A DNA stretch of 64,000 nt from Octopus vulgaris (GCA_951406725.2 OX597814.1:220410001-220474000); one strand, 5' to 3'. Positions 10,968 through 23,819 are shown, counted from the stretch's first letter. A program made the numbers and translations. The notes: generated from the letters alone by a model not told the origin.

Positions 10968-11659
10968 CGACGGGCTTCTTTCAGTTTCCGTCTACCAAAT
11001 CCACTCACAAGGCTTTGGTTGGCCTGAGGCTATAGTAGAAGACACTTGCCCAAGGTACCACGCAGTGGGACTGAACTCGGAACCATGTGGTTTGTAAGCA
11101 AGCTACATACCACACAGCCACTTCCGTAAAAATTACATTTGTAAAGTCTGTCATATCTTTTTGCCCACATCATTCTTTTTTCTTTGTGTTCTTTATTTAA
11201 AGGAGGCAATTTTGTGAAACTTATGACTTTTCCTGGTTCTTTTAGTATTCTGCAACTTTTTCTCTTTTGTATCTTTGAGATTCCCGCTTCTTCAAAGATT
11301 TGTTTCCTGGTTAACCCACTTTCCTTGCACATGGTTCTTTTGTGTTCTCTCTTATCTCTATTTGTGATGTTCTTGAAACCCATTTTCTTCCTTATTCTTA
11401 CTCTCACAATGCTTTCTACCTGTTTTTTTCTTCATTGTTCTGTGATCTCTGTTTGGATTTTTAGAAATTACAATTGTTGTATCCACTTCTCCCAGTAGTT
11501 TCACAATTTCTTTCTTTCTTTTCTTTTGATGTTACATCTTTACTTCGACCCATTTCTATATTTCCTCTATCTGAGATTAAGAGAAAACATTTCAAAATCA
11601 CATATCACATGGGGAAAAGCAGTATCTTGTTAACTTGCATAATAAAAAGAAACACCCTA
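10114..11659 (-). mobile_element. Decayed Tc1-family DNA transposon, internally deleted and interrupted by a SINE
   Basis: Imperfect ~28-bp TIRs (cacgatgtttccttctattatgcaggtc / aacttgcataataaaaagaaacacccta) flanked by TA; minus-strand remnants PPLNKEHKEKRMMWAK, CRATLDGPDGWARGW, FMHDNAPSH. Confidence 0.85.
10707..11125 (-). mobile_element. tRNA/CORE-type SINE (family B) with (AAAGAGT)n tail, inside the Tc1 transposase
   Basis: Matches the full-length copy at 22688-23119; splits the transposase at the first catalytic Asp region. Confidence 0.9.
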
Positions 11660-11715
11660 TAAATGGGATATGTGTATATATATGTATTTAAATGTGTGTG
11701 TATATATAAGCATTT

Positions 11716-11958
11716 ATATATATATATATATATATAAAGTTAATCCAAACAAGAAAGCACAAAAAAACACAACAATGCGAGGACATGGAACAAATATAGT
11801 ATTATTGGATGCTCAGGAAAGAAGGAAAGAAGGAGGGTTTAACGTTTCGAGCGGAGCTCTTCGTCGGAAACATAGGAGAAGGAAAGATCCAGAGAAGGGA
11901 AGACAGAGGAAAAAAAATCACCAATGGTACACACGAGGTCACATTTTGAAAGACCGGA
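11716..11958 (-). mobile_element. Probable Penelope-like terminal-repeat relic in (TA)n
   Basis: Non-repetitive insert between TA tracts carrying a hammerhead-like motif. Confidence 0.55.
11837..11871 (-). ncRNA. Minimal type I hammerhead-like ribozyme, CCGACGA core variant
   Basis: Minus strand GUUU-CCGACGA-A-GAGC(UCC)GCUC-GAA-ACGU-U-AAAC: stems I and II pair, palindromic stem III. Confidence 0.65.
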
Positions 11959-12149
11959 TATATATATATGTATTTAAATATGTATGTGTATATATAAGTA
12001 TCTCTCTCTCTCTGTATATATATATATTTATATACATATAAAATAGTTTTGCCTTAAGCCAAACTCTTTGCTTTGTGCTTTTCCCTAAACCTTCATTTTC
12101 TAGTGAAATGCAGCAGTCTGGCATCAGCGTTTTCTCTTTTATTATTGCT

Positions 12150-12620
12150 ATCATCACTGGGTTGATCTCGCCATCAGTATAATGACATCTGTCTACAGGC
12201 CAACGTCGAAGATTGGCCAATGCACTCAGGAGCTTGTTGAGGTGTCCAAAGTAGGGGGTCACTGACCAGCTTCACCTCACAATTTCAGCATTGTTCAACA
12301 AAGTGAACTCTTCTTACGCTTTTTCCTGATTCCTTTTGGAATGTCATTGTGCAATCTTTCTTTGGTGGGGATGTTCTTTCCACAGAACATTCAGAATGGC
12401 ATTGGTGCCATCCAAGAGTTTCGTGTTTTCTGGTTACTGTCTAGATGGAAGAGACATAAAGTAACACAGATTCAACCTCTGTAGAGAAGTTCCTTTTTTG
12501 AAATTCTCTGAGATCTTAGTCCAAGGGTAATCTCAAAAAACTCTTGCAAGATTCTCAGACACATAAGTCAAGTTTGGTTGAATCTTAACTTGTACTTCTG
12601 CTGTAAAAATGGATAAGGAG
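12150..12620 (-). mobile_element. Decayed RTE-group LINE, post-RT C-terminal fragment
   Basis: Remnant peptides VESVLLY, LDGT, NVLWKEHP, LVSDPLLWTP. Confidence 0.65.
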
Positions 12621-12841
12621 GGGATATAAGAGGGTTGCAGTGTCACCATCAATTTTGTTGATGTAAAGAATTAAATCTGAAACACACACATACTTATGCA
12701 CATGCATACCCGTGATATCCATACACATGCAAGAATAATAATCGTTTCTAACATAAGCACAAGGTCCCAAATTTGATGGTTAGAGAGATTAGTTGATTAT
12801 ATTAACTCTGGTACTTAATTGGTACTTTATTTCATAAAGTT

Positions 12842-13073
12842 AGTTGATAGTTGTCGGAGCACTGCATCCTTCAAAACTTCCATGCTTCCTGAGATTCGCC
12901 AACACTACACCTGATTTTCTCCCCTCCATACACACACAAGCATGTATCTGATTCATACACTGTTCACTTTCCAGACATTTGTACATTACTGCATATGCTT
13001 TATATGCACTTTTGACAAGTTGTGGTGCACCTGAGCACTGTATACAATAATTTCATTATTATTATTATTATTA
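12842..13073 (+). mobile_element. CR1-group LINE 3' end with (ATT)n tail
   Basis: Shares actgcatcctt...gagattcgc and gtgcacctgagcactgta(t/c)acaat(ATT)n with the copy at 37851-38120. Confidence 0.75.
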
Positions 13074-13075
13074 TA

Positions 13076-13271
13076 GTGCAGGTGGCACGTAAAAAGCACC
13101 CACTACACTCACGGAGTGGTTGGCGTTAGGAAGGGCATCCAGCTGTAGAAACATTGCCAAATTAGACTGGAGCCTGGTGCAGCCTTCTGGCTTCCCAGAA
13201 CCCCGGTCGAACCGTCCAACCCATGCTAGCATGGAGAACGGACGTTAAACGACGATGATGATGATGATGAT
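13076..13271 (+). mobile_element. Family A retroposon, 5'-truncated
   Basis: gtgcaggtggcacgtaaaaagcaccc...ggacgttaaac(GAT)n. Confidence 0.85.
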
Positions 13272-13899
13272 TATAACTTCAGAAAGCTGTAAAGCAAAGC
13301 TGTGCTTGAAGATATTTGAAATTAATCATAAAGAGCTTCTAATAAATCTACAAATTATTTTGCTGAACACTTTATCAATTTGGCCAATCAATTGGTTTAA
13401 GTACTTTGCATCCATGAGAGTAATAGCTATATTTATAACTCTGAAGTACACATTTATTAGGAATCAGAAGCAAATAAGAACAGTGAAAGCCTGGAGGTAA
13501 CAACAATGAATGCTAAGGCTTTCAAAGCTGAAATATTTCATTTAGTTTAGCCTCATTCTTGTATAGTTTGTTTCTCTGTCTCTTCCACTGTGTGTATGTG
13601 AGTATATATATATATATATATACACTCACAACATACATATACACAGACATGCACACATACAGACAATATAGGAAAGGGGTTTAGAATGATTAAATATATA
13701 AATTTATAGGTGTGTGTGTGTAAGCAAGAATGATAATGCAAATAATTAAAGGCCGTAAGCTGTAGTGGAGGCAGTCCTTCGCATTTTGGTGGCCCAATGT
13801 AAAAATTCAAATAACCTTTCATAACATGATCAAGTTAATACAAATAAGCAACACATATATACATACAAGTAAACTAATACATACACATACACACATGTT

Positions 13900-14330
13900 A
13901 GTGTGTGTGTGCATATATATACACACACATATATATATATACATATATATACATATATATACATATATATATACATATATATACATATATATACATATAT
14001 ATACATATACATATATATACATATATATATATACATATATATACATATATATACATATATATATACATATATATACATATATATACATATATATACATAT
14101 ACATATATATACATATATATATATACATATATATACATATATATACATATATATATACATATATATATATATATACATATATATACATATACATATATAT
14201 ACATATATATATATACATATATATACATATATATACATATATATATACATATATATACATATATATACATATATATACATATACATATACATATATATAT
14301 ATATATATATACATATATATGCATATATAC

Positions 14331-14379
<49 letters not shown>

Positions 14380-14399
14380 CACACACACACACACACACA
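13900..14399. repeat. ~500-bp (TA)n/(TACATA)n microsatellite
   Basis: Direct reading. Confidence 0.95.
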
Positions 14400-15199
14400 T
14401 GAAAATCAATCCCATTATCTTATGTATGTATACCTCGAAATTCAGACAAAACTTTCTCCCATCTTTGTTGTTGAAACAAATAAGTATCACTTTTGAAGTT
14501 GTTTTCATGATATCACAACACTTAATATAATTTTCTTTTTGCATTATCAACATTCATTTACCTATTTATTTACTTGTCTATTTAGTTTTGACTGCCTTTC
14601 GTTTATTTTGTTCACATAGGTGTTCTAATTTAATAGTTTTTTGTAAGGTTTCAGTTTTTTTCTTCTTTCTTTCTTTCTTTATTATTATTATTATTATTTT
14701 ATTACATTGCCAATAAGAGCTTAAAAAGCAAATAACCATAATATAACAAAATACAAAACTAAAATAAAAAAGCTCTGCAATTAAGAAAAAAAAATATTAT
14801 TTACACACATATACACAAGCAGAAATGGGAGTGTGGGAGTAGGTGGAATTGTGCGCCCATACTTAATCAGTGTTGTTAATTTTTGTTGTTGTTGTCTTTA
14901 GATGTCTTTGTAAAACATTTGAAATGAATAAAGATGAAATATGGGTTTTATTTAAATTTTATAATATGTGAAAAATCACAACAATGGATAATAGAAACAA
15001 CGATGTTAATGAAATAGCTATTATCCATTAATCATGTTTTTTTTTTCCTTAGAGAAGGGAGAGAGAGGGAGATAGAGAGAGAGAAGGAGAGAGAGAAAGA
15101 GTGACAGAGGAAGGGGAAGAGACAGATTAAAAGAAAAACGAGTAAAAAACAGTAGAATTATAAAACATATATTTCAATATACATATCTATCTATCTACA

Positions 15200-15233
<34 letters not shown>

Positions 15234-15677
15234 CATACACACACACATTCAGATGTACATATAAACATATACATTTATATATATACAATACATATATACA
15301 TATAACTACATACACACATGTAGATATACAGATAAACATATACACATACATATACATTTACACATACAATACATACAATATATATATATACATACAAACA
15401 TGCACACACACACACATAATAATAATGAACAACATAACCATGTCGGAAGAATCAATGATTTGATGCTGTAGAAATGCAGCATTCGTTTATAGCAATAAAT
15501 TAAAACAGTTTTTGTTCCTGTTCAGCAACTTTGAAGAAAATAATGTCTCAATCAGTTAATTCCTGAACCAACAATGAGAACAAAATAAGCTTCCCCTCCG
15601 TGATGGAGCATCAACTGAGGGATAAATCATGTGGCTTGAAGCAGAAGAGTACAATTTATGCGCACTCATCTTTGTCA

Positions 15678-15748
15678 CCACTCGCCAACCACTTGCCACC
15701 ACTCGCCAACCACTTGCCACCACTCGCCAACCACTTGCCACTTGCCAC
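15678..15748. repeat. 21-bp minisatellite, about 3 copies
   Basis: ccactcgccaaccacttgcca x3. Confidence 0.9.
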
Positions 15749-16792
15749 GTTTTCAAAAAGTATGCTGCTGTTATGTCAGCTTATTACAGCAATATTTTCT
15801 TAGCCGTATTTTTAAAAAATCAAATTTAAAAAAAAAAAAAACTGAAACAAAAAAAAAAAACCCAAACAAAACTAACATATTTGCTGACAAAGATCAAAAG
15901 TCAAAACAATAAGCAGGTAGAATGAGTGCAAATAAGCATTTGAAACTTTGTATTCAGATCTAGAACCATTAAAGGTTTTAGAGAACATAAAAAATGACAA
16001 TTTATGAAATGATGTACGGCAATTTGTGACCAGAAATTGTGAATGGTAAACACATATATAGGAGATGAAAGCAAAGGGAAATAAATATTTGTAGAATAGT
16101 TAACTTCAAACCCTATCAGTTGTGAGCAGCATAAATATGACAGACCAGGTTGAAAAATTAGGTAATGTTTTGATAGTTGGTATCAAGTTAAACAAAGTAC
16201 TTGTTAATCAAGAGACATGGGGGGGGGGGGATAGACTTTAAGCCCAATGAAGGCTGAATGAAATGGATGGTTATAGAATTACTGAATTGTTTTCAAAATA
16301 TAGAATTAATGTAAATACTTGAGTAGAAAATAATTCAATTTTGGGGATAAAATATTGACGGCTCATGCTAGCTACTGACGATTTTCTCATAAGAGGCTTA
16401 GCCAGTCACAGTTGATTATAGGTGCAAGCTTATGCAATTTTTTTTTTTTTTCGAAAGACTATCAAATCTCCCTTTTAAGGGTGAATACAGATTGGCATCA
16501 CAATCATTACAGAGAACTGGGACAGATGGCATCAAGTCTGATACTCTAACGGTTCCACCCATGCAGGATGGTTTGAACACAGAGCCACAAAGTATTGAAG
16601 CAAATACTGCTAGGCATTCTATCCATTTTAACAACTCTTTGGAATACAAAATTGGTTGAGTTATGTAATATCGCCAAAAGTGATGATCAAAAATGAAACC
16701 CAGCATTTGTGGCCACTGTAAAGGTTTTAGATATATTTTGATTTTGTCTAGTGAGATTTCTCGATGCATTTGAAAGTGGCTAGAGTAGAATG

Positions 16793-16870
16793 TTAAGGAA
16801 AGTCCACAGTATGGGATCTTCTTGGAGATGGAACAAAGTGTTGAGCATCTTCATAGACTGAAATAAATTT
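16793..16870 (-). CDS. Candidate terminal coding exon of an unidentified host gene
   Basis: Strong acceptor tttttctctatctctgcag followed by KFISVYEDAQHFVPSPRRSHTVDFP-stop; no homology recognised. Confidence 0.25.
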   Translation of the reverse strand, partial: KFISVYEDAQHFVPSPRRSHTVDFP

Positions 16871-16900
16871 CTGCAGAGATAGAGAAAAACTGAGAAATTT

Positions 16901-16961
<61 letters not shown>

Positions 16962-18479
16962 ATGATATGAGCTATTTTTAAAGAAAAAAAAAACTGAAGA
17001 TAGCAGCAAGGACACTGTCAAGGCCAAATGTGTTTTGGGGTTGGAGCAATTCAGATGAATGTGATTTTAGATGGAATTCCATTGTATCTGCAGTGTGGAT
17101 TTAACAAGTGGCATATGCAGTGGCTTCATCAATAGGAATATTGTTTATGAAACTATTTTGGTTGAGGCGTAGCAAGGGAAACAGAGACTAAAATGCAATA
17201 CTTTTCTGTTTAATATCTGAGCATATTTCCTGGTTATCAAAAGAATTTTATTTGTAATACATTATCAACTTTTCAGATTTTAGACTAAAGGAACTTCATT
17301 GATTTCATCAAATCATTATAGTATGCTATTCTATATTTTTTCTAGAATTCTATTTCAATAGTTAAATATTATGTTTAAATGGACAGTCACATCTTAGCCT
17401 CCCTGTCAGTACTACAGCAAAACAGACTGCGAGGTTACGAATGAGGATTATATCTTGGTCATGACTTCAAATATTGCAGGTTGCTTCTTCCAGTTAATTG
17501 AGCTGATAAAAGAAAAGTTCCAGTCTGCTTTATGGTTGAGTGGTTAGTTGCAAGACCAATATATAGCTAGCATGGAAAAATAAATACAGTGGAATCTTGG
17601 TTAATGAATTTAATTCATTCCTGAAGGCCATTCATCACATGAAATGTTTGTAAACCGCAACTATTTCTCCAATAGGAAAGCATGGCGAATGCAAGCATAG
17701 ATGTGTACAAAGCAAAAGCAAGGCACCAACTGGTGCTCTCCTGCTGATACTCTCAGCTTGCTGCCAACTGTTGTTGCTGGCCTGCATGTTCATTACTCAA
17801 GACACCATTTATCACCCGAAATGTTTTATGTTTGGAAAATTGGTTTGTAAACCGATTTGTCAACTCTGAGAGGCATTCGTTGAGTGAGATTTCACTGTGT
17901 AAAGCAACAGAAGCAATAAAATGTTGTTCATCCCTGCTTGAATCATAATTACAGAAAACTATAATCAAATGCATTTAATTGAAGGAAGAGTTGGACATAA
18001 TTTCTAGCAGACCAACCAACCACATAGAGGGCCTCTACTTAAAAATGTGGTTCTTTATACTTAAGATAATTTATGTCTATGAATTAAATATTCATGTTCC
18101 ATTTCTTAAGGCTCAAGCCAACATTCTGAGGGAATAAAATAATCATTTCCGATCCAGGCTCACAGATGTTTTCTTGAAGTGGATGAGCATTGTCATTTCA
18201 TCTGGAAACAATATATTAATTACTAATACTCATTATACTCTATATGGTCACCCTGCTTGCAAGAAATAGCAACCAAATATCTCTCAAACCAGGCCTTCAT
18301 TTTATAAAATGAATGACACATAGACTATTGTAGCCCTAGACATGCTATTGTTTAAAGCAGTAGAAAAAAAAGAAAAAGAAAAAATAGGATGACCCAAGCT
18401 GCGATGCCTTAGACCAAAGGTCTGCTCTGTTCAATCAGGACTGATTTATGGCTAAATACCAGTAACTTGTACTTGTATT

Positions 18480-18886
18480 GACAGAACTGCGGAGACTGTT
18501 GGGAAAATGCCTAGCAGTACTTCTTCAAACTCCAGCTGAAGTCAACTTTGCCTTTCGTCCTTTTGGGATTGGTAAAATATAATTCCAGTCATGTATAGGG
18601 ATTGATGGTATCAACTAACCTCTGCATTCAAAACTGGAATTCTTGAGCCAAAATTTGAAAGCATCATTATTATTATCATATAAGGTAGTGAGCTGGCAGA
18701 CTTGTTAGCCTGCTGGGTGGCATTTCATCCATCTCTACATCCTGATTCAATTTCTTGTGAGGTTGGCTTTGCCTTTCATCTTTCTGAGGTCAAGTACCAG
18801 TTGACCACTGGGGTCAATGTAATTGATTATCCTCATCCCCCAAAATTTCTTGCCGTGTGCTTATAGTAGAAAGGATTATTATTATC
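18480..18886 (+). mobile_element. Two tandem decayed family C SINEs separated by (ATT)n
   Basis: Two ctttgcctttc(g/a)tc-ttt motifs, each followed by gaaag...attattatt. Confidence 0.6.
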
Positions 18887-20077
18887 ATCACTACTAGCAT
18901 CAAACAAAGAGGAATGGAAATAAAAATCAACTTTGACAAGGCTTGGGCAAAAAATTCAAGAACATGAACCCAAGAACTACAATGTGCCAAGTTATAGCCT
19001 CAACTATCAGACAAAAAAAAAATGAATTAATAAAGAAAGAAAGATTCTGTGAAAATTAGTGAGTGTCTGCATCAGAAAAAAAGTAAAATTAATACAACTG
19101 TTAAAATAAGATAAGAACTATTTCTTTCTTATTTTATGAATTTCACCATCTCAACCAAGTTTACAGAGATCAAAAATTCCATAGAAAATATTGTTAAATG
19201 TTACAATTGTAATTTTGCAGACAAATAACCTCATCTTTAGAAGTCAATAGCCTGACACATGTACAATTAACGCTTCATTAACCCAACGATGACCGGAAAT
19301 CAAATTGATCGAAGCACATTTTTTTCATTTCTAAAAACGAGGATAATAGTCTGGAAAATCCTAATCATATTAACAATAACTCATCTCAGACATTTAGACG
19401 TTGAATTGTTACATATTGTTATTTTAAGCTTCCATAAAAAAAGACAGAAAAGAAAAAAAAAAAAAAAGAAGCTGTAAATATATTATGGATCTTGTTCTGT
19501 TAGAAGATGCTGTCAAATGATGCACATGATTTTTAGACCTTGCTATCAAAGATATGTTTGTGTTTTGCGTTGTTTGAAGAACATAGGTTTTTATGGCAGT
19601 TGTAGCAGTCATTTAATTTTTTTTTCTTTTTTCAGATCAAATGAAAAAAAAAAAAAAACCAGATAAAAAGCAAAATAAAATTTAACAGTAGTAAAAACGA
19701 AACTTTGATCATATTTTGCTTAGCAGTGGTGTATCACTAACATAACACAATTTTCAATGTGAATTTTGAAATAAAAATAATATAGTTTTTGTATTTAGCT
19801 TAAGTGATAGAAAATTATAGGTTTTTCTCATTTCCATATAAAATACAATAAACAAAAATTATTGCCTTTAAAACCACAATAATTTGTATCATCAAAAAAT
19901 AATGATTTCTCATAATAATAATAATCATAATAATAATAATAATAATAATAGTAACAACAACGGTTTCTAATTTCGGCACAAGGCCAGCAATTTTGAGAGG
20001 TGGATAGGTGGGTTAATCTATTACATCAACTCCAATACTTAACTGGTACTTTGTTTAATTGACTCTGGATGGATGTG

Positions 20078-20322
20078 GAGGCATGGTGGCTTAGTGGTTA
20101 GAGTGTTGGACTTGTGATCATAAGATTGTGGTTTCAATTCTAGGATTGAGCAAAGTGTCGTGTCCTTGAGCAAAACACTTCATTTCATGTAGCTCCAGTT
20201 CACTTAGCTGGCAAAAATTAGTAATCCTGCAATGGACTGGCGTCCTGTCCAGGTGAGGAACGTACACGCCATGGAAAGTAGGAAAACATTCCTTTAAGTC
20301 TATATGACTTGGGAAGGAGCTT
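20078..20322 (+). mobile_element. tRNA-derived SINE with CORE-like and V-like segments
   Basis: A-box tggcttagtgg, gtgtccttgagcaaaacactt, then cctgcaatggactggcgtcctgtccagg resembling the V-SINE domain. Confidence 0.6.
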
Positions 20323-20489
20323 TGCTTTCTTTTTACTGGGTCGATGAAATACAGAGCTGAACTTTTGGCAGGGGTTTGAAACCAGAATGTAAAGAAAAAG
20401 CAGAAGCAAAACCAGAAAGCATTTTTTTTCCCAATGCTCTAATGGTTCTTCAAATCCATCACATTTAAATGCTTCTAATTTAGACTCAA

Positions 20490-21185
20490 GGCCAGCAATA
20501 CTTCAGTCCTCTTGATGCTGATAGTCAGCCCAAATGCACAGGCTGCAGCAGCAAACCTATTGACCATTTCCTGAATTCTTCCAAATGTATGAGAAATCAG
20601 GGCACAACCATCAGCAAACAGAAAGTCACGTAGAATCTCTTCCTTGGTCTTTTTCTTTGATCTGAAACGTTGCCCTTTCAGATTTAGTAAACCTCTTTCT
20701 GTGTGAAACTGGAATCTTATACCTTCATGGTAATCGCTGATAGCATGTTGGAGAATTGTTGAAAGTGATATGGAAAAAGTACAGGGGCTAAAACACAGCC
20801 CTGTTTGGTTCCAGTGGCAACAGAAAATGCTGTTACCTCTGAACATGAACTACTCGATATCACTGTTGCCATCATTTCTTTTTGCAGGGATACTATCATC
20901 TTTATCATTTTATCAGGAGGACCAACTTTTTGACAAAATTTTCCAGAGCACCTCACAATTCACTGTATCAAAGGCCTTGGTCAAGTCAACAAAGTCGATG
21001 TACAAATCAGTATTTTGTTCATGTGCTTTCTCTTGAACTTGATGGAGGGCAAAAATCATGTCAACTATACTTTTTCCGGACTGAAATTCATATTGGGATT
21101 GAGTGCATATGCTGTTTATTACATATTTATCGATGCAGTTAAGGATCAACCTTGCAAGAATTTTTCCAGCCATGCACAACATACT
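20490..21185 (-). mobile_element. RTE (BovB-like) reverse transcriptase fragment, frameshifted
   Basis: AGKILARLILN, DMIFALHQVQEKAHEQN, FVDLTKAFDTV, GTKQGCVLAPVLF, DFLFADGCAL, FGLTISIKRTEVL across three frames. Confidence 0.9.
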
Positions 21186-21773
21186 TATTCCTTGTGACTA
21201 TCACATACACTCTTCTACCCCTTGTTTTACTATTGCAACCAGCAGTACCTGTCAATTGTAAAATGAATGCACATACATGTACATCAGATACAAATACACA
21301 CACATATACAAATATGCAGCAGATGCACACTTGCACACACCACATACATGCACTCATACTTCAGGTGCATACATGCATACAGACACCAACGAACTGATGT
21401 TACCAACCCAGAGCAGTTACTTACATGCATGTACCACATACCAGGTATATGCATCTCCACACACACACCACCTAAATGTTGTTGCTAGCAAACTGAGCCT
21501 CTTTGCCTAGACAGAGTGTCACCATCAGCATCCTGTCCTAGCATGCAGCCCAAGAAATTCTGAATAGGAACTGATGTCACTACTAAACTGACAACACCAT
21601 GTGACCTGCATTGATCAACAGCAGCCCTAAGCCCAGAAAGAAGAATGAGGAAGATTCTTGGACTCTTCTCATTCAGTTCCACATGCCTGACAAGTTAGGT
21701 TCATTTGACAAGTCTACAAAACTAAGTTGCATGGAGCTGTAGCAAACTGTTACTGAATAATAAGTGAGTGTAT

Positions 21774-21813
<40 letters not shown>

Positions 21814-22021
21814 AAAGTCATTCTGAAACTTACTTAATGCAGTTTCTAAGTATAAAGGGGATTGTTTTTAAAAATTAATTTTTATAAGAAGTTATAAAAT
21901 CTTTTATCAGAACATCACAAACCATTTTGGAAGAAGTTTTTTCCTTGTGTGTGTGAGCACTCTCAATTAATCTTTTCAAACACACGTGGTGTGTATATAT
22001 CTATATATATGTGTGTGTGTG

Positions 22022-22190
22022 TGGAGACACAATGGCCCACTGGTTAGGGCAGTGGACTCGCAGTCGGAGGATCATGGTTTTGATTCGCAGACCGGGCGTA
22101 GTGAGTGTTTATTGAGTGAAAACACCTAAAAGCTCCATGAGACTCTGGCAGGGTGGTGGTGGCGATCCCTGCTGTACTCTTTCGCCACAT
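22022..22190 (+). mobile_element. tRNA-derived SINE (separate family)
   Basis: tggcccactggttagggcagtggactcgcagtcggaggatcatggttttgattc has tRNA-like A/B box spacing. Confidence 0.55.
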
Positions 22191-22687
22191 ATATATGCAT
22201 GTGTCTGTGTTAATGTCTGCTTTCTGTGCACTTTGCATGCAGTAAAGTTTGTTCTCATTTCCCTGTCAAAACCGTGTGTTGCTGGCTGAGGAATAAGAGA
22301 TTGTTTACTTGGAAAGCAGGAGGTAAGAATTAGCAACAGGAAAGCTATCTGGCTGTAAAACAATGCCTACATAATATATATCCATGTAACCCATGCTAAC
22401 AAGGAAAAACAGACATAAAAACAAATGCAAAATCACTGCTGATTAGCCCCACCCCATCCCCACCTAGTCAGCTCTAATCAGACAAATCTATACTCAAAGG
22501 CATTTGGACTCTTTGATTACTGATCGCTGCACTGTCCAATACATCTTCTTTTATTTAAAGATGGTGCCATGTGATCGGGGGTGGGGGAGATGGTTGCTAT
22601 TTTTGCAGCTAAATCAACTGCACGGAAGTTACTTTGTTGGTTTGTTTTTATCAATATAGAATTATATATATATAAAAAAAAAGTCAC

Positions 22688-22860
22688 AGGCGCAGGAGTG
22701 GCTGTGTGGTAAGTAGCTTGCTAACCAACCACATGGTTCCGGGTTCAGTCCCACTTGCGTGGCATCTTGGGCAAGTGTCTTCTGCTATAGCCCTGGGCCG
22801 ACCAATGCCTTGTGAGTGGATCTGGTAGACGGAAACTGAAAGAAGCCTGTCGTATATATG

Positions 22861-22895
<35 letters not shown>

Positions 22896-23119
22896 TTGTG
22901 TGTCTGTGTTTGTCCCCCTAGCATTGCTTGACAACCGATGCTGGTGTGTTTACGTCCCCGTCACTTAGCGGTTTGGCAAAAGAGACCGATAGAATAAGTA
23001 CTGGGCTTACAAAAGAATAAAGTCCCGGGGTCGATTTGCTCGACTAAAGGCGGTGCTCCAGCATGGCCGCAGTCAAATGACTGAAACAATTAAAAGAGTA
23101 AAAGAGTAAGAGTAAAAGA
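22688..23119 (+). mobile_element. Full-length tRNA/CORE-type SINE (family B)
   Basis: A box tggctgtgtgg, B box ggttcagtccc, CORE-like cttgggcaagtgtcttct, internal (TA)(TG) tract, (AAAGAGT)n tail; six copies in the window. Confidence 0.9.
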
Positions 23120-23819
23120 TGTGAAATGTGTAGAAGAGGGCCGAAAGACATTCAAAGAGGACAACCAAAAAATAAAATTACATTGCCGCTAAAACAAAAA
23201 AAAAACCCCCAAAAAATGGTGGAGAGGAGGTTTGAATTCCATTTAAAACAAAACTGCATTAGCAGACATGGCATGTCTTATTAGTTAGCCATCCGTCACT
23301 CAGTTAAGTATCCTAGGGAACACTAATGTATACCATGTATTTAAGCAATCATTGATTTTGATCAGAATAAATAAATATGTATAAACAAATAAATATATAT
23401 GAATAAATAAAAATAAGTATAGAGCAATGGATCCCAAACGTCTGCAAAAGAAAACAAAAGTTCTTTTTTACTAGTTCAGTTCTGATTTACCAATGGAACC
23501 ACATCAAATATAGTCTTGGTTTCATTAAATAAATAAATAAAAGCAACAACAAAAAACGGCAGTGGCAGCAGCAACAACAACAAAGATGAAAACAACAACA
23601 ACAATAACAATAACAACAACAACAACAGCAAACAAGAATGAAGACTGAAACAAAACTGTTGCAGCATCAAAACACTTGCATCTAAAACCTGCAATCCAAT
23701 CCATTTGTCAGATTTCTGACAAATAACCGAACATTTTTATCCAGCAGAGTTTCTATTTCATCAAAGACAGTTGACTGATGGTTCCTGCTGCTGCGTACAT
23801 TGGTTATTGTATGGGAAGG

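Noticed and set aside
13819-14553. Long Tyr/Ile/His-rich ORFs here and at 2.3, 9.8, 35.5, 36.5, 40.2 and 47 kb
   Set aside because: Translations of (TA)/(CA) microsatellites
16416-16769. 117-aa minus-strand ORF
   Set aside because: No recognisable domain; ends in an A-run; more likely UTR or non-coding
22688-22760. tRNA genes at SINE heads
   Set aside because: They have A/B boxes but no complete cloverleaf and continue into SINE bodies
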